From Marsupella aquatica (lineage: Eukaryota; Plantae; Marchantiophyta), in contig OZ316894.1 in NCBI GenBank assembly GCA_973895155.1, positions 13,511,580 through 13,575,579 of the forward strand: DNA of 64,000 bases. Reading direction: 5' to 3'. A program made the position numbers and the translations under genes. The notes below the pieces were generated by a model. That model saw only the letters and a list, made by a program, of their open reading frames with translations. It did not search any database and was not told the origin of the DNA. This document shows, one piece after another, positions 12,241-24,305 of the stretch; the stretch's first letter is position 1, and every line of letters starts with the position of its first letter.

Positions 12241-12756
12241 CAGCGCAAGGCCATCTATACTACCTCAACTTTTGTCTAATGCATATGCATTGTGGGAACC
12301 CGGACATCTAAAAGGTATAACATCATGTATGCAATCAATGTTGTTAGTACAGATTTTTTATGCTTGCCCTTCTTTGTTGTGCCAGAATATATATATGTAT
12401 GTAAATGTCTAGGATTCCACAACTTGTTCGTTGCTAATTACTATCCAAACGTACATTTTGTTTCCAGTATTTTCCTCCTACTTCTAGATTTGGCTCATGT
12501 TCATTGAGCCACGTGACCTATAGGCACTGTTGAGCTCGGGTCTCATTCAAGTAATTGTCTAACCTCACTTAGGACATAGGGTATTACAATTTTCCCAAAG
12601 GTTATGATGTGGTTTTTTTGTGCATGACACTCACCTTAATTTGGGTTTCATGCTAACAAATATAAAAGGGTAATAAAACCCCATGTATAAACCTACCTAA
12701 TTGTTTTTTGAGTTCATTTTTTGGAAAATTAGTTTATGGCCTAGTTTTTCCTAATC

Positions 12757-13023
12757 ATGCCCTACATGCAATGTAATGTGGCAGTGGATATCACGTCCTC
12801 TTCCTTTGAACTATCCAGTAGTGAGTACTCCTCCAATGACAATATACCCCCTCCTCCTCAGCCCGAGGTTACTGGTCCTCGTGGTTCACCCCGAAGACTT
12901 TGTGACTGCACCAGATGTGTGGGCCAAATTTCTCAAAAATCTTATGTATGTGCTCAACATATTGAGAGACATGGACGTCATAGAGGTCTTACTCCCAGGG
13001 CTTCTTCATCCCATATATGGTAA
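12757..13023 (+). pseudogene. Probable CACTA transposase-associated Zn-binding domain fragment
   Basis: CDCTRC..SQKSYVCAQHIERHG resembles the CxCxxC..HL..G motif at the N-terminus of CACTA transposases. Confidence 0.5.
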
Positions 13024-14768
13024 GTGTGTTTCAATTGATTGCCGTTCTTTACTCTTATTTTTAGAGGTGAATCAATGTTTACACATGGTTTACACATATG
13101 GTTGTTTGTGGGTGTTTGCATGGAATAGGGATCCAATCACCACCCTATGTCCCATCACAAGGAGTTTTAGATGCTATGGGCAATGCACTTTCACAAGCCT
13201 TGGGTTTGGGAATCAGTACCAGTCATGGGATAGAAGAGGAACACCCTCATGTGCCCACTGAGACACAAAGACCCCGGTCCAGGCCCTAGTCCAACAGGAG
13301 GCAACGAGGTATTCGTTCCCTTTAAGAACAAGATGGGGTTGATTTGATATATAAAACACAAATGAGAGTTAAAGATACTCTCTAACACATAGTAATCAAA
13401 ATTGATTACTTTACTCAGGTATTTTGAAGATCGCTCCACAGCGGTGAGCAGTTTTTTAATGGTAACTCAGCATTATGTAATCATCAATTAATAAAATGAA
13501 ACAATTAACAAAAATATAAGAAAAATATCTTAAAGTATGATAAGGGAGTCTGGAATTTACCAAGGTTTCTCCTTATTCATAAGTCAAAATGAAATGACTT
13601 CATGAATTGAAATCCATATCACTTTTCAGATCTAAAGTACTTTACTAGAGTACTCTTTTAAAATGCCGTTAACATGTCTTGTCCTTTCTTTCTAGGTGGT
13701 ACTCAGACAAGATCTAAAAGGTAACTTCTTCAGTATTTAGATGGTACTAGTTAACACGAAAGAAAATTCATCAAATTCAATGAGACTTAAACTCAATGAG
13801 TAAACTTTAAGAACTCAGGAGATTGTAATGAGTCACCAACAATGGAATCTGGCATTACAACTCATAAGGTTTACACAAATGGAATTTTACTTCCTATGAT
13901 TTATTCAAAGGTATAAACCACAAGAAGGAGGAAAGTCTCTCCTGGTGTTAAGCTTGATCTCAAACTCTTAACATTCATGATCAACTGGCTGAACACCAAG
14001 AAGAGGCAAAAATTGCTGAACTTCTCCTTAAACTACACTAGTGGTAGAGGTAACTTTTAGTGAAAATCTACCAAATGAAAAGACACAAGGTTGAAGAGAC
14101 GTGCCTCTTCATACCTTTCAAAATATCAAAACTTCAAAACTGTGAGTAAAAAGTCAGAAATGTGACTAAGTATGAACTCGTAAACTAGTAAACTAGTAAT
14201 GACTTATACTTGTAATCTCGTAATTGACTAACTTTGTCTATCGGAAACTCGTAAATTTGTAAAGACGTAATGTATACTCTACATGCTGAAGAAATTTCAG
14301 AGTTTTTGGAGTTATCTAGTCTACACAATAAATTCACAAGGATTGCTCTTTCTTAAACTAAGTTTTGTACTTAGAATATGTCTTTGTAGTCTTGCTGTTA
14401 AATGTCTTCGTGCTCAAGGATATGTGGTTGTCTCACAGGGTAATTTTGAATGTCCTCCAGTATCTTTCCTTGTCAAGAATGAGTTTGAGTATAAAGAAAA
14501 TGTTTGATTTGTCTTCCATAATACAGTAGTGACATTCTCTTTCCGGGTAACACTTGTCAATGTGGATAGTTTCTCTTAAAATCCCCAGCACTTCGAGATG
14601 ATTGCAGGTGGTGTGATCTTCACCATTAGGATAGTGGCCTAAGAAACTCTCAGTTGCAAGCAATCTCTTATAATCATGCCTAGGTGTGAAGACATAAACA
14701 TTTAAAAGTATAAAATTTACTCTAAATATCATTCCAAAACTCTTAAACACTCCAAAAAAATTTGAAAT

Positions 14769-14937
14769 TGTTATAAGTGATAAACCTAACCCCAGTAAAC
14801 TAGACTTACCCTAGTGAATAGGGATAAGAGGTGGTTACATAACCACCACACCTTGTACTACATAGGGAGCCCCCATACTCCCAAATGAAACAGAAGGTAG
14901 TGAGTTTGTTGGCGCACGATATCTATGTCTCTGAATA
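14769..14937 (+). repeat. 5' LTR of Copia
   Basis: Direct repeat of 27272-27440. Confidence 0.95.
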
Positions 14938-15354
14938 CGTTATCAGCACGACTCTTGATCTGAGCAATTTTTTTTCTCCTTACACATCAGCTCGAGCAAA
15001 ATTTTGTTTGGAAAATCTCCAAACCAACCCACGGAAGACAAAACCGTCTAAGGATTTTCAGTTTTTTTTTGAGGATTCCAACAATAGCCCTCCTCCCTGA
15101 ACGCGATCTTCTCCACAAAAATTACCAAACATCTGGAGAGGACGGCCCGCGAAAGATCGGAGCAGACACGAGGAAGGTCGATACAAGGCAAACGGACCAA
15201 CAAGAACGGCCCCACACGGAACAATACCAGGGAAGTTCCCACCCCATCCCCCATGATTACACAATTTCAAACAAGATACGCTGTGGAAAACTCAAGCAAT
15301 TTCCATTTATTGAGAGACTCCCGATTACTGAAGATACAATACTTCGATTGAACA

Positions 15355-17628
15355 ATGAATATGATTGAGAAATTACAATTTAAGGCATTAGCCATAGATG
15401 GCGCAAATTATTTAACATGGTCACTTGACATTGAGGCCTATCTCGCATCCAAAGATCTGTAGGACGCAATCCTAACCGATGCAGGCCTCACACTACAACA
15501 GAAGGCAAGAGCGCTAATCTTCATTCGACATCACTTGGTCGAGCCACTCAAGACCCAGTATCTCAACCAATATAATCCCAGAATACTCTGGGAAGATCTG
15601 AGATTACAGTTTGACCACATGCGGCTCGTCTCCCTGCCAGCGGCCCGCCACGACTGGATCAACCTAAGGGTCCAAGATCACACCTCAATCGCCAGCTACA
15701 ACGGCAAACTATTCCAGATCACCTCACAACTGGCAGTCTGCGGCCACCCCATCAACGACGATGAAATGATAGAGCGCACCCTTTCAACATTCAACGCAGG
15801 AAACTTGCTCCTGGCATCGCAGTACAGAAATATGGGCTTCACTAAATATTCCGAACTGATCGCATATATGCTTCTTGCCGAAAAACACCAATTACTCCTC
15901 CTGGAGAATTCCAAATCCCGCCCACTAGGGGCCGCTGCACCACCACCAAGACCAGAAGCCAACTTCAATCGCCAGAACGTCAGGCCCAGAGGGAGAGGAA
16001 ACAGAAACTTCAGAGGGAGAAGAGGCAAAAACCCCGGTAGGGGTAGATACCAACAAGGCGGCAGAGGCAACGGCCAACCCAATAGAGAAGACCAAACATT
16101 TGGAAACTTTAACAGAAGAGGCGGATATAGAGGAAGAGGAGGCGGACTCAGAGGAAGAGGCCGAGGGGGGCGCCACGCCGGGGGACATTACAATTGGAAC
16201 CGAGAAGAAAATAACCCCATTGAATGTTTCAGGTGCGGAACAAAGGGACACCTACAAAGAGACTGTCGGGCACCCGCACACCTGGTCACACTCTACAAGT
16301 AGAGCCGGGAACAACCCACCAACGGAGCACAAGGGAATTACATGGAGGCCCTAGACGACATCGAGGGCTACAGATTAGACCCAGCAGTACCCGAGGTCCA
16401 CACCGCCCAACTAGGCTTCACCTCAACACCACCAAATGACCACAGTAACTGCATTGTGGACAGCGGAACATCTCACTCAATACTACGAGACAGACATTAT
16501 TTCCTCGGAATCACACCATCCAACAGATCCATGACAACGATAACAGGACCTAACCACATACAGGAAGGCTACGGCCCGGCCAGAGTCAGTTTTCCAAAAG
16601 GGACTACAATCTACATCGATTCAGCAATCTACGCACCAAGGGCCACAAGGAACCTAATCAGCTTCAACGATATCCGCGCAAATAATCTACACATCCACAC
16701 AAACACCCACAACAATAGGGAAGTGCTGCAGATACTAGACAACACAAAACCAGGGGGAGGAGTACGAGAGATCTTACCGATTTACCCCCCTGGCTTATAC
16801 ATCACCAGAATACACTCTTACCACACAGAACACCCCACCCTCAACTTAACTCAAACCTGGCATAATCGCCTTGGTCACCCCGGCACCAATATGTACCATA
16901 ACATTATGAAGACCACGGTGGGGATACCCCACGGAGTTTGCCCCTCAACCTCGAATAGACCCTGCATCGCTTGTTCACAGGGAAAGATGGTGACTCGGCC
17001 TGCACCATCAAAAACCATACACAAGATCCCACAATTTTTAGAGAGGATACAAGCAGATGTCTGCGGGCCAATCAAACCACCCTCCGGCCCATTTTGATAC
17101 TTCATGGTCATTATAGACGCCTCCACCAAATGGTCACAGGTCTCCTTGCTCTCCACACAGAACCTGGTCTTCACTAGAATCCTATCTCACATACTGAAAC
17201 TCAAACACCAATTCCCAAAGAATCCAATCAAAACCATCAGAGTCGACAATGCGGGGGAGTTTACCTCAAAAACGTTTGACGACTTCTGTGAGACTGCAGG
17301 GATAGACACCGAATACCCGGTCCCACACGTCCACTTCCAGAATGGTATCGCCAAATCGGTGATAAAATGCATACAGATGGTGGCCAGGCCACTGCTAATG
17401 CAATCCAACTTACCAGCCTCAGCATGGGGCCATGCGGTCCTGCACGCTGCCGCCCTCCTAAGAATAAGGCCATCCTCCTTCAATACCCAGACCCCTCACT
17501 TCTTGGCATACGGGATGCCACCGGACATCACCCATCTCCGAACATTCGGATGCCTGGTCCTGGTCCCAATACTAGGCCCCAAACGGACCAAAATGGGACC
17601 CCAGAGACAACGAGGCATCTACTTGGGA
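15355..17628 (+). pseudogene. gag-pol: Copia gag-protease-integrase (in-frame stops)
   Basis: Zn knuckle CFRCGTKGHLQRDC; protease CIVDSGTSH; GAG-pre-integrase WHNRLGHPG..CIAC; integrase ADVCGP..RVDNAGEF. Confidence 0.95.
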
Positions 17629-18947
17629 TGTCACGTCATCAGCCTTGGCCTTAACTCGGGCTTCAGCTTTAAACGGGCACCTCCTTCGTAAACATGAGGG
17701 TTTGGGCAGGGAGGGAAGAGCGTAATGCACCTAATTCACGTAAACTAGCGCTAAGTGTGCCTACTGTTAGATACGGACATCTCCTAGGTATGGTTTGTGT
17801 TCCACCGCCGGAACGTACCTTAGTCGATAACAGGATCGACCCCGGCTTAAGGACTTCTAAGCCTTCGTGTTGTCCGCCTTCGATCCGGATTCTATGATAT
17901 AGGTCCTCAACCCGTGCTTGCACCACATACCCGCAAGCTGCACCCCGTGCACGACTCAGGTAGTGCGTTCGGCCCGGCGTTGTCACCTATACACGAGATT
18001 CACACACACATACACGCGCACAAGCATACAATCTTGATTTACACGAAGGAAATAATGGGAAAGGATTTTACTACATAGAGGACATGTGCGTACACTTGGT
18101 TGACCCGATAGCTCCGGAATGAACAGGTTCAAGGCCGAGAGAGTATACTACAATGGAGCCCGGCTCCGCACTCGCCCGACGAGCTTAGTCCTACCCCCTC
18201 CCCTTGGTACTCTTTCACTCCTAGAGGTTGGGACTCCCCGCACATACCACAGATGTCCAACTCTGAGACTAAAACCCCCTGCCTCTACCGAGGGGTGCGC
18301 TAAATACTAAGGGCCGAGGAACGGAGTGTCCTCCCGCCCAAAGATTCGCTGACTTAGGTCCTAACTAATCTGACTATCAGGCCGAAAAATGGCTGTGTCT
18401 TATTAGAAGATCCTAATCTACGTAGGCTGGACAGCATGGCAGTGCTGCTGTAACTAAGGCAGGTGCCTGTCCCAATAGCCTGACTTAGCTACTCCTAACC
18501 CTATTCTATTCCTACTCTGCCGCTAATGCCTGGCATGCTTTCTAGAGCCGCCCGAGTGGGAGCGGCCATCCCGCTGCTTACGAAGTCTATCGTTGTCCGC
18601 CTTGAGGAGCTGGACCTGGTCCAGCAGAGATTTGTTCTCTCCCTTCGCCGCGTCTGTCTCCTCCGCTGCCTCCTGGCATGCCTCCTCCAGCTGCTGGGCG
18701 TCGCTCGTCAGCTTGCCCGCCAGCTGGTCTTGCTTCTCGGCTTCGGTTTGGAGCCGTGCCACTTCGGGCTGTAGCGTGGCTATCTCCGCAGTGTCCCACT
18801 GGGCCCGTTCTTCGGCCTCCTCCAGGTCCTTCTGCCAAATGACAGTTTGATTCTTCAAACTGTCAATCTGGTTCCGGAGTCGTGCAATCTCGGCCTCGTT
18901 CCCAGCTTTGGCCTGCTCGGCTAGGGCGGTAAGGGCGTGCGCCTTTG

Positions 18948-21608
18948 TGTCATGCGATTGACATGGGTCTTAACACCAAAAATGTCACTATGGGTGCCAA
19001 AACCTCCTTGTACCTGAGGATCACGAAGGGATGTTGTGAAGGCCGGTAAACACCAATTTATGCCCTTAACACCAGACTATCATAACAAGACTCCGTCACA
19101 CATCACCCAAGCTCAATCCCTAAGAACCAAGGTTGGGAATCAGATCCATGCTCATGATAGTTCTGGTGATAAGGGGTCTTCATATCGAGCCCGTACACAC
19201 AGGGCCTAACGCTACGGTGCGCATATGTCTATACGTATGCTTACTGTCATAGGTATATTTCTATTCCGCTGCCGGAATGTACCCATAAACCAATGACTCC
19301 TGACTGATTCCCGGCTTAGGGACTTCTAAGCCATTGCCCCACCACTCTGCCATTCCACTCTCAGCAATCAGAGTTGTGACAGCCCTCACCCAACCCGCTT
19401 CAATGCACCCTGAACACCTCTCAGTGGCGCTGCTAGTTCCATCATACACTCAGATTGCCTCATACACACACACATCCATGAGAGAAATGAGGCCTGAGAG
19501 GAAAACTCAATTAGATTCAAAGATGTGCACAATAGTTCACTGAGAACACTTGATCCGAACACTAGGGCCGAAGGCTGTCTCCTCCAGATTGTGACGTGCT
19601 TGCCCCGCAAGCCCCATGCTTGCCATGCAAGCTCAATCCTGAACCTGAGCCCGGCTAACTCCAGATTGCGATGGCAGATTGGACTCAAACCAATCCCGTA
19701 CTTGCCTTGCAAACTCAATCCTGAACTCAACCTCCTTCACTGCACTTCATTCTTGGGGGCACATACAGATCTCACACCTCCAATTCAGAACGTCAAGTTA
19801 CGCATGCATAGTTGACTCGACTTCAAAGCTGGTACCAGGCCTAACGGTGATCTACCCCAGACTGCAATGAGGCCCGGCCTCACGCTTGCCCTGCAAGCTC
19901 AGCTCTGGCCATAGATCCCTTAGTGCTCTCCACCAGACAAAGGCCTGGACTCCCCATGGATCACGTAGCCTTGCCAGACTGAATTGTAAATGCTCCTCCT
20001 GCTGCCCCTTAATCAGTATCTCAGCCTCCCTAATGTGCCCACCGCAAATCGAATTGAAATGCTCCCCACAGTTTACAATCACCAATACATCACCTATCAC
20101 CAAGGCTCTATATCGGGGGAAAAGAACCCAGTTGTGTTGCCCACTAGAAAGAGCCACAATCTAGCTCGCAAACCTAGCAACCCGTTGCTGTGAAGCTTGG
20201 CTGATTACTCCCTGAGTAATAGCACAACCAAGCTCTCCCCAACACGCAGCGTCCAAGTCCAGCCTTGCTTGCACAGAGCTCCTCCCTGCTGCTTAGTCTA
20301 AGGGAGATCACACAACTGAAGTCCCCCCCCTTGCCTCTACCGGGGGGCTGCTCTATATACTCTCATACTGAGCCCAAATGGGTGGATACTACGCTGCTGG
20401 AGCCCCATCCCAGCCCTAACAGAGCCGCCACTATCTCTAACTACTGAACCCTAACTCGCAACTTTATTTCTATCTCGAATTGGCTATGTACTTCGGATTT
20501 GGCCCTCCTCCATGGTTTTTGCGAGCTTGCGCCTCCTCTCCCGATTTCTCTATTCAACCATTTGCTGCGTGGATAGCAGCGTTGGAAGCGGCTTGAGCTC
20601 CTCTTTCCAACGAGGTCAATTATAGCCGATTTGGTCAAATACACAGAGAGTTATGCCCCCGCAACCGAGAGGGGGTACTCACTGTTGCGCTAACCCGAGT
20701 TACATAGCTAACCCGAGTTCGGCTAACCTAGCTATCCTATCTAACTCGAGTAGAGCTAACCCGTGGTCTCAGGTTAGGCCGTTACCCGCTATCCACTATC
20801 TGCTAACCTAGCCTAAGCTGAGCCCGAACCCGAGCTTACCTATGCTAACCTGAGCCCGAGTTTAGGCTAACCCGAGTTAAGTCTAACCCGGGATCAATCT
20901 AATCCGAACTCGGGTTAAGCCTAAGCTGAAGTTGTGCTTACTTGAGCTAAGCTGAAGCCGTGCTTACCTGAGATAAGCTGAAGCCGTGCTTACCTAAGCT
21001 AAGCCATGGCCGAGCTTGGGTTAACCCGAAATTGAAGCCGAACCCGCTAATTCCGGCCACAAGTTAACCCGTCACACTAATCAGGTTGTATCTTCCTTAA
21101 TACACCTCCGTTTCCCAAGTGTTTTATATCGATTTTACTCGTCTTGACCAGATCTTTCTAATGCTCTTTACAGATCCGGATTTGGTGACATATTGAACGA
21201 GATATGGTCGCCAACCACCCGCGACATAGCCTTTTATTTCCCTAACATTCTAAGACTAGACTATGAACCACTAACCTAACTAAAAAACTGAAGCTACACA
21301 CCCAAGACATTCAAATTTTATCATGAGAACAATCACCATACCACACAACTTCATATTCAGTTATGGAGACTCGCTTCCTCCTCTCTTCCCCAGCTTCTCC
21401 TTTGTGGCCTTGACAGTGACTACCTCAACTGTGTTTGCCTTGGTTGTGCAGTCTTCAAACTGAAATACCTTTATCCCTACTCTTAACGCCATGATTGCCC
21501 TTATTCTTGCCAGCTTGCTAATTGTTATGCGGTATCAATAGCTACTCCTTGCATACAGCAACCTAATTACTCAGATTATAGAATAAGGACCATGTCATCG
21601 GCGTCACA
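18948..21608 (-). mobile_element. 2.66-kb solo LTR (family C) nested in the family A solo LTR
   Basis: TGTCATGCG..GCGTCACA; TSD CTTTG at 18943-18947 and 21609-21613; the empty site GCGCCTTTGCTAACAA is intact in the other copies. Confidence 0.92.
20688..21070. repeat. Cluster of TAACCCGAGTT / AACTCGGGTTA-like units plus a 26-bp tandem array
   Basis: Many CTAACC(C)GAG units in both orientations; TAAGCTGAAG(C/T)(C/T)GTGCTTAC repeated with period 26 from ~20921. Confidence 0.8.
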
Positions 21609-24305
21609 CTTTGCTAACAAATCATCGGCGGCTGCAACTTTGGGTCGTAGTTGCAGAAACTCAGCCTCTTGAGCCGCAACTTCGTTCTTTAAGTATACGG
21701 ACTCCACCCGGTACCGCTCTATCCTCTGAAGGGCCTCTGACTGGGCCCGACCTGCCTTTACTGCGGCAACTAACTCCTGATTGAAGAAACAGGCTACCTT
21801 CCGGGCCATGAACTCCCCGGTATCCCGGGCAATTTGATGAGAGAAATCTCCTAGAAGCCCGTTCAGAAATGTACCCGGTACGAAGAGTTCCGGGTGGTCC
21901 AGGTTGTGCCTGTCCGGAGTTGGGCACGGGCAGACGTCAACACGCGCGGGGGCTGGGGCTGTGACATCCAGCCCTGGGGACGTAATGTTGGAAGGGGCTG
22001 GAGTGTCCTCCTGCAGCAATGTCCGGTTCTCTGGAATAGCCACCGGTGGGTCTTTGGGAGACCCGGGCTTGAGTAAGACCTCCGCTGTACCGACTTCTGT
22101 ACTTAGCCCGGCCTGTTGGATCGCATCTATGGTTGCGATAACCGACCCATCCGGTACCTCCTCGGTTACGACTACAGCTACTTGTGGGGGTGGGGTGGGT
22201 GAAGTTTGCGTGTCCGCTGGACCTCGGGCCTCGGGTTGGGGCCGTCTCTCCAAGACCGTGAAAACCCACCTAGCTGGGACCAGCTTTGTAATGTTGACAC
22301 GAGGAAGGGTTCGTCGATCAAACCGAGCATACCACTCAAGAATGATCTCGATGTGGCTAGCGAAGTACGCCTTCCCGCCAACGTCTTCCTTCGCCGCTCC
22401 ATCTCTTCATGGAATTTCTTAGCAAAGTAGGACGCTCACTTCCTAGGTCAATAGTTCTTGACCAAGATAACCTGGGCGGCGGAGATCTCCCCCCGGGGTT
22501 CCATCATGTGGAGGGCGTACCTTTGGAACTCCAGTCGCTTAGCTATCTCGGGGATGAGGCAGGTCCTCATCACGAACCCGTTGTCCACTGCTCCCTCTGA
22601 GGGAAAACTCGAGGATTGGTACTTGGCTCCCTTGCCCCCGGGAGCCCGTGATTCGACTCGATGGTCACCTTCGGGTAATCCGAAGATCATCTTGAGCCGT
22701 TCTTCCATGAGGGACACATTCCTTCCCCGTAGCCGAGTATGTTGACGTGCGTCATCATAATTCTTGACGAATTCTGTCATGTCCTCCCTGTAGTACCTGC
22801 AAGTGTTCCAGGGGAGAGAGGTGAGGTGCTCGAATCCCTGAGTCTTCAGGTACATTGCATGCTTGGGATGGAGGATGTTCTTATGCACGTTTTCCCCCAT
22901 GCGGTGCATTGTCACCTTGGCCACGGCTACCGTGGCCAAGGGTAACCCGGATGCAGTGGTGGGTTCCTTCCTCTTCTTCCCCCGTGACTGGCTCGGGGAG
23001 GGTGACACCTCCCCATCCTCTCGATCGGGCATAGGTAGTGCTACCGCCGTTAGTATTGGTCCCGGGGCGGCCACGGTCACCGTGTTGTCTGCTGGAGCCG
23101 CTCCTTGGGTCCGAGCATGGGGAGGGGACGATGTAGTGTCGGCCCCCTGAGTGTTTGCTCCTCTGGGCCGCCTGAGCAAGGGTGGGGTAGCCTCGTCATC
23201 GTTGCTAAGGTCCACAGCGTTGATGACGGAGCGTACTTGTACTGCTGGTGGGGCGATCGGCGGTGGGGGTTGGCTAGGCTGAGACTGAGACTGAGACTGA
23301 AGCTGAGCCTGAGCCTGAGTCTGCGTTGGTGCAGGTACGGGTATGGGGTCGACTCGGTCGGCGCCGGTGGTTGCGGGTCTAGTTCCCATGAAGCTCTGCA
23401 GGTGCTGGTAGAAGTTCTCCGAAGCAAGTGCAGACAACCTTGTCGAACGGGTAGTGCTAGACTCATTGTTGATGATAGCCCAAACCTAAGCAGGGATGTG
23501 GTCGAAGTGATGTCGTTGCAAGTCGATCGTACCCGGGATATTGAAGACCTCGTCCGGAAGCTGAAGCAATGCTTCCCAGAAACCGATATATTTGTCTCTG
23601 TTGAAGAAGTACCCAGATACCTCTGCTGGTCGGTAAAGCTCGCTCTGAGACGGGTAGTCAAAGTTAAGGATGTAGTGGTGTCGTCCTGCTAGGCGGATGG
23701 CTCTCTCGTACTCGCATTCTATTTTGTATCGGCGCGGGTTGACGTGTTTCAATGAGTCGGCCAAGTGTCTTCCGGTAGATAGGAACTGCGTCCAAAATTG
23801 AATGGCCGAACTGGAGAGGATCGTGTGCGACATTCAAAGGAGATAGTAGTGGCGACTTAGAGCGAATGAGAGAGCTGGGGTTGAAGCTGGCGCGTGGACT
23901 GATGGACTGGTGCACTCCAAAGGGTCGGCTCCCTTTTTATACCTTGAGGGCTTGTCGATCCCCCGACATCTCCTCGTTGCCTATAGGCTGAACCGTTCAC
24001 ACTTCTAGTGTACCGGCCACTCCGCCGGTCTGAGTCACCGCGTGTCAGTGGACGCCTCCTGAAGTTTGTTATACGGACCCGAGGGAGGGGCCCCTCCATG
24101 CTCGTAACCCGGGCGTGCGAATGGCGACGCGCCGCCAGCCCGAACATGAATTCCCCTTATTGACTAATGATTTCCTACTCATAATGGCTACCTAAATACT
24201 GTCGTTATGCTAATCATAGCGGCCTAAGATACCCCTAATGCGCGTGCTAGGCACGGTTTAGACCGAATTACTCATTACTTGCCATACCGGCGGCGTCACA
24301 TGGGA

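Larger units (their letters stand above)
18523..23833 (-). pseudogene. Family A LTR-embedded ORF, split by insert 18948-21608
   Basis: ORFs 23486-23833, 22448-23437, 21576-22253 and 18523-18858 match consecutive parts of the 51670-54306 copy. Confidence 0.85.
17629..24300 (-). mobile_element. Solo LTR of Gypsy family A (~4.0 kb without its nested insert) inside the Copia integrase
   Basis: TGTCACGTC..GGCGTCACA; TSD TGGGA at 17624-17628 and 24301-24305; colinear with LTR 50774-54773. Confidence 0.95.

Noticed and set aside
20688-21070. CRISPR-like array
   Set aside because: No constant repeat with unique spacers, no cas genes, eukaryotic LTR context.
21904-23692. Plus-strand ORFs over the LTR gene (also at 42-44 kb and 52-54 kb)
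   Set aside because: Antisense shadows of a GC-rich coding frame; they recur only because the LTR is repeated.
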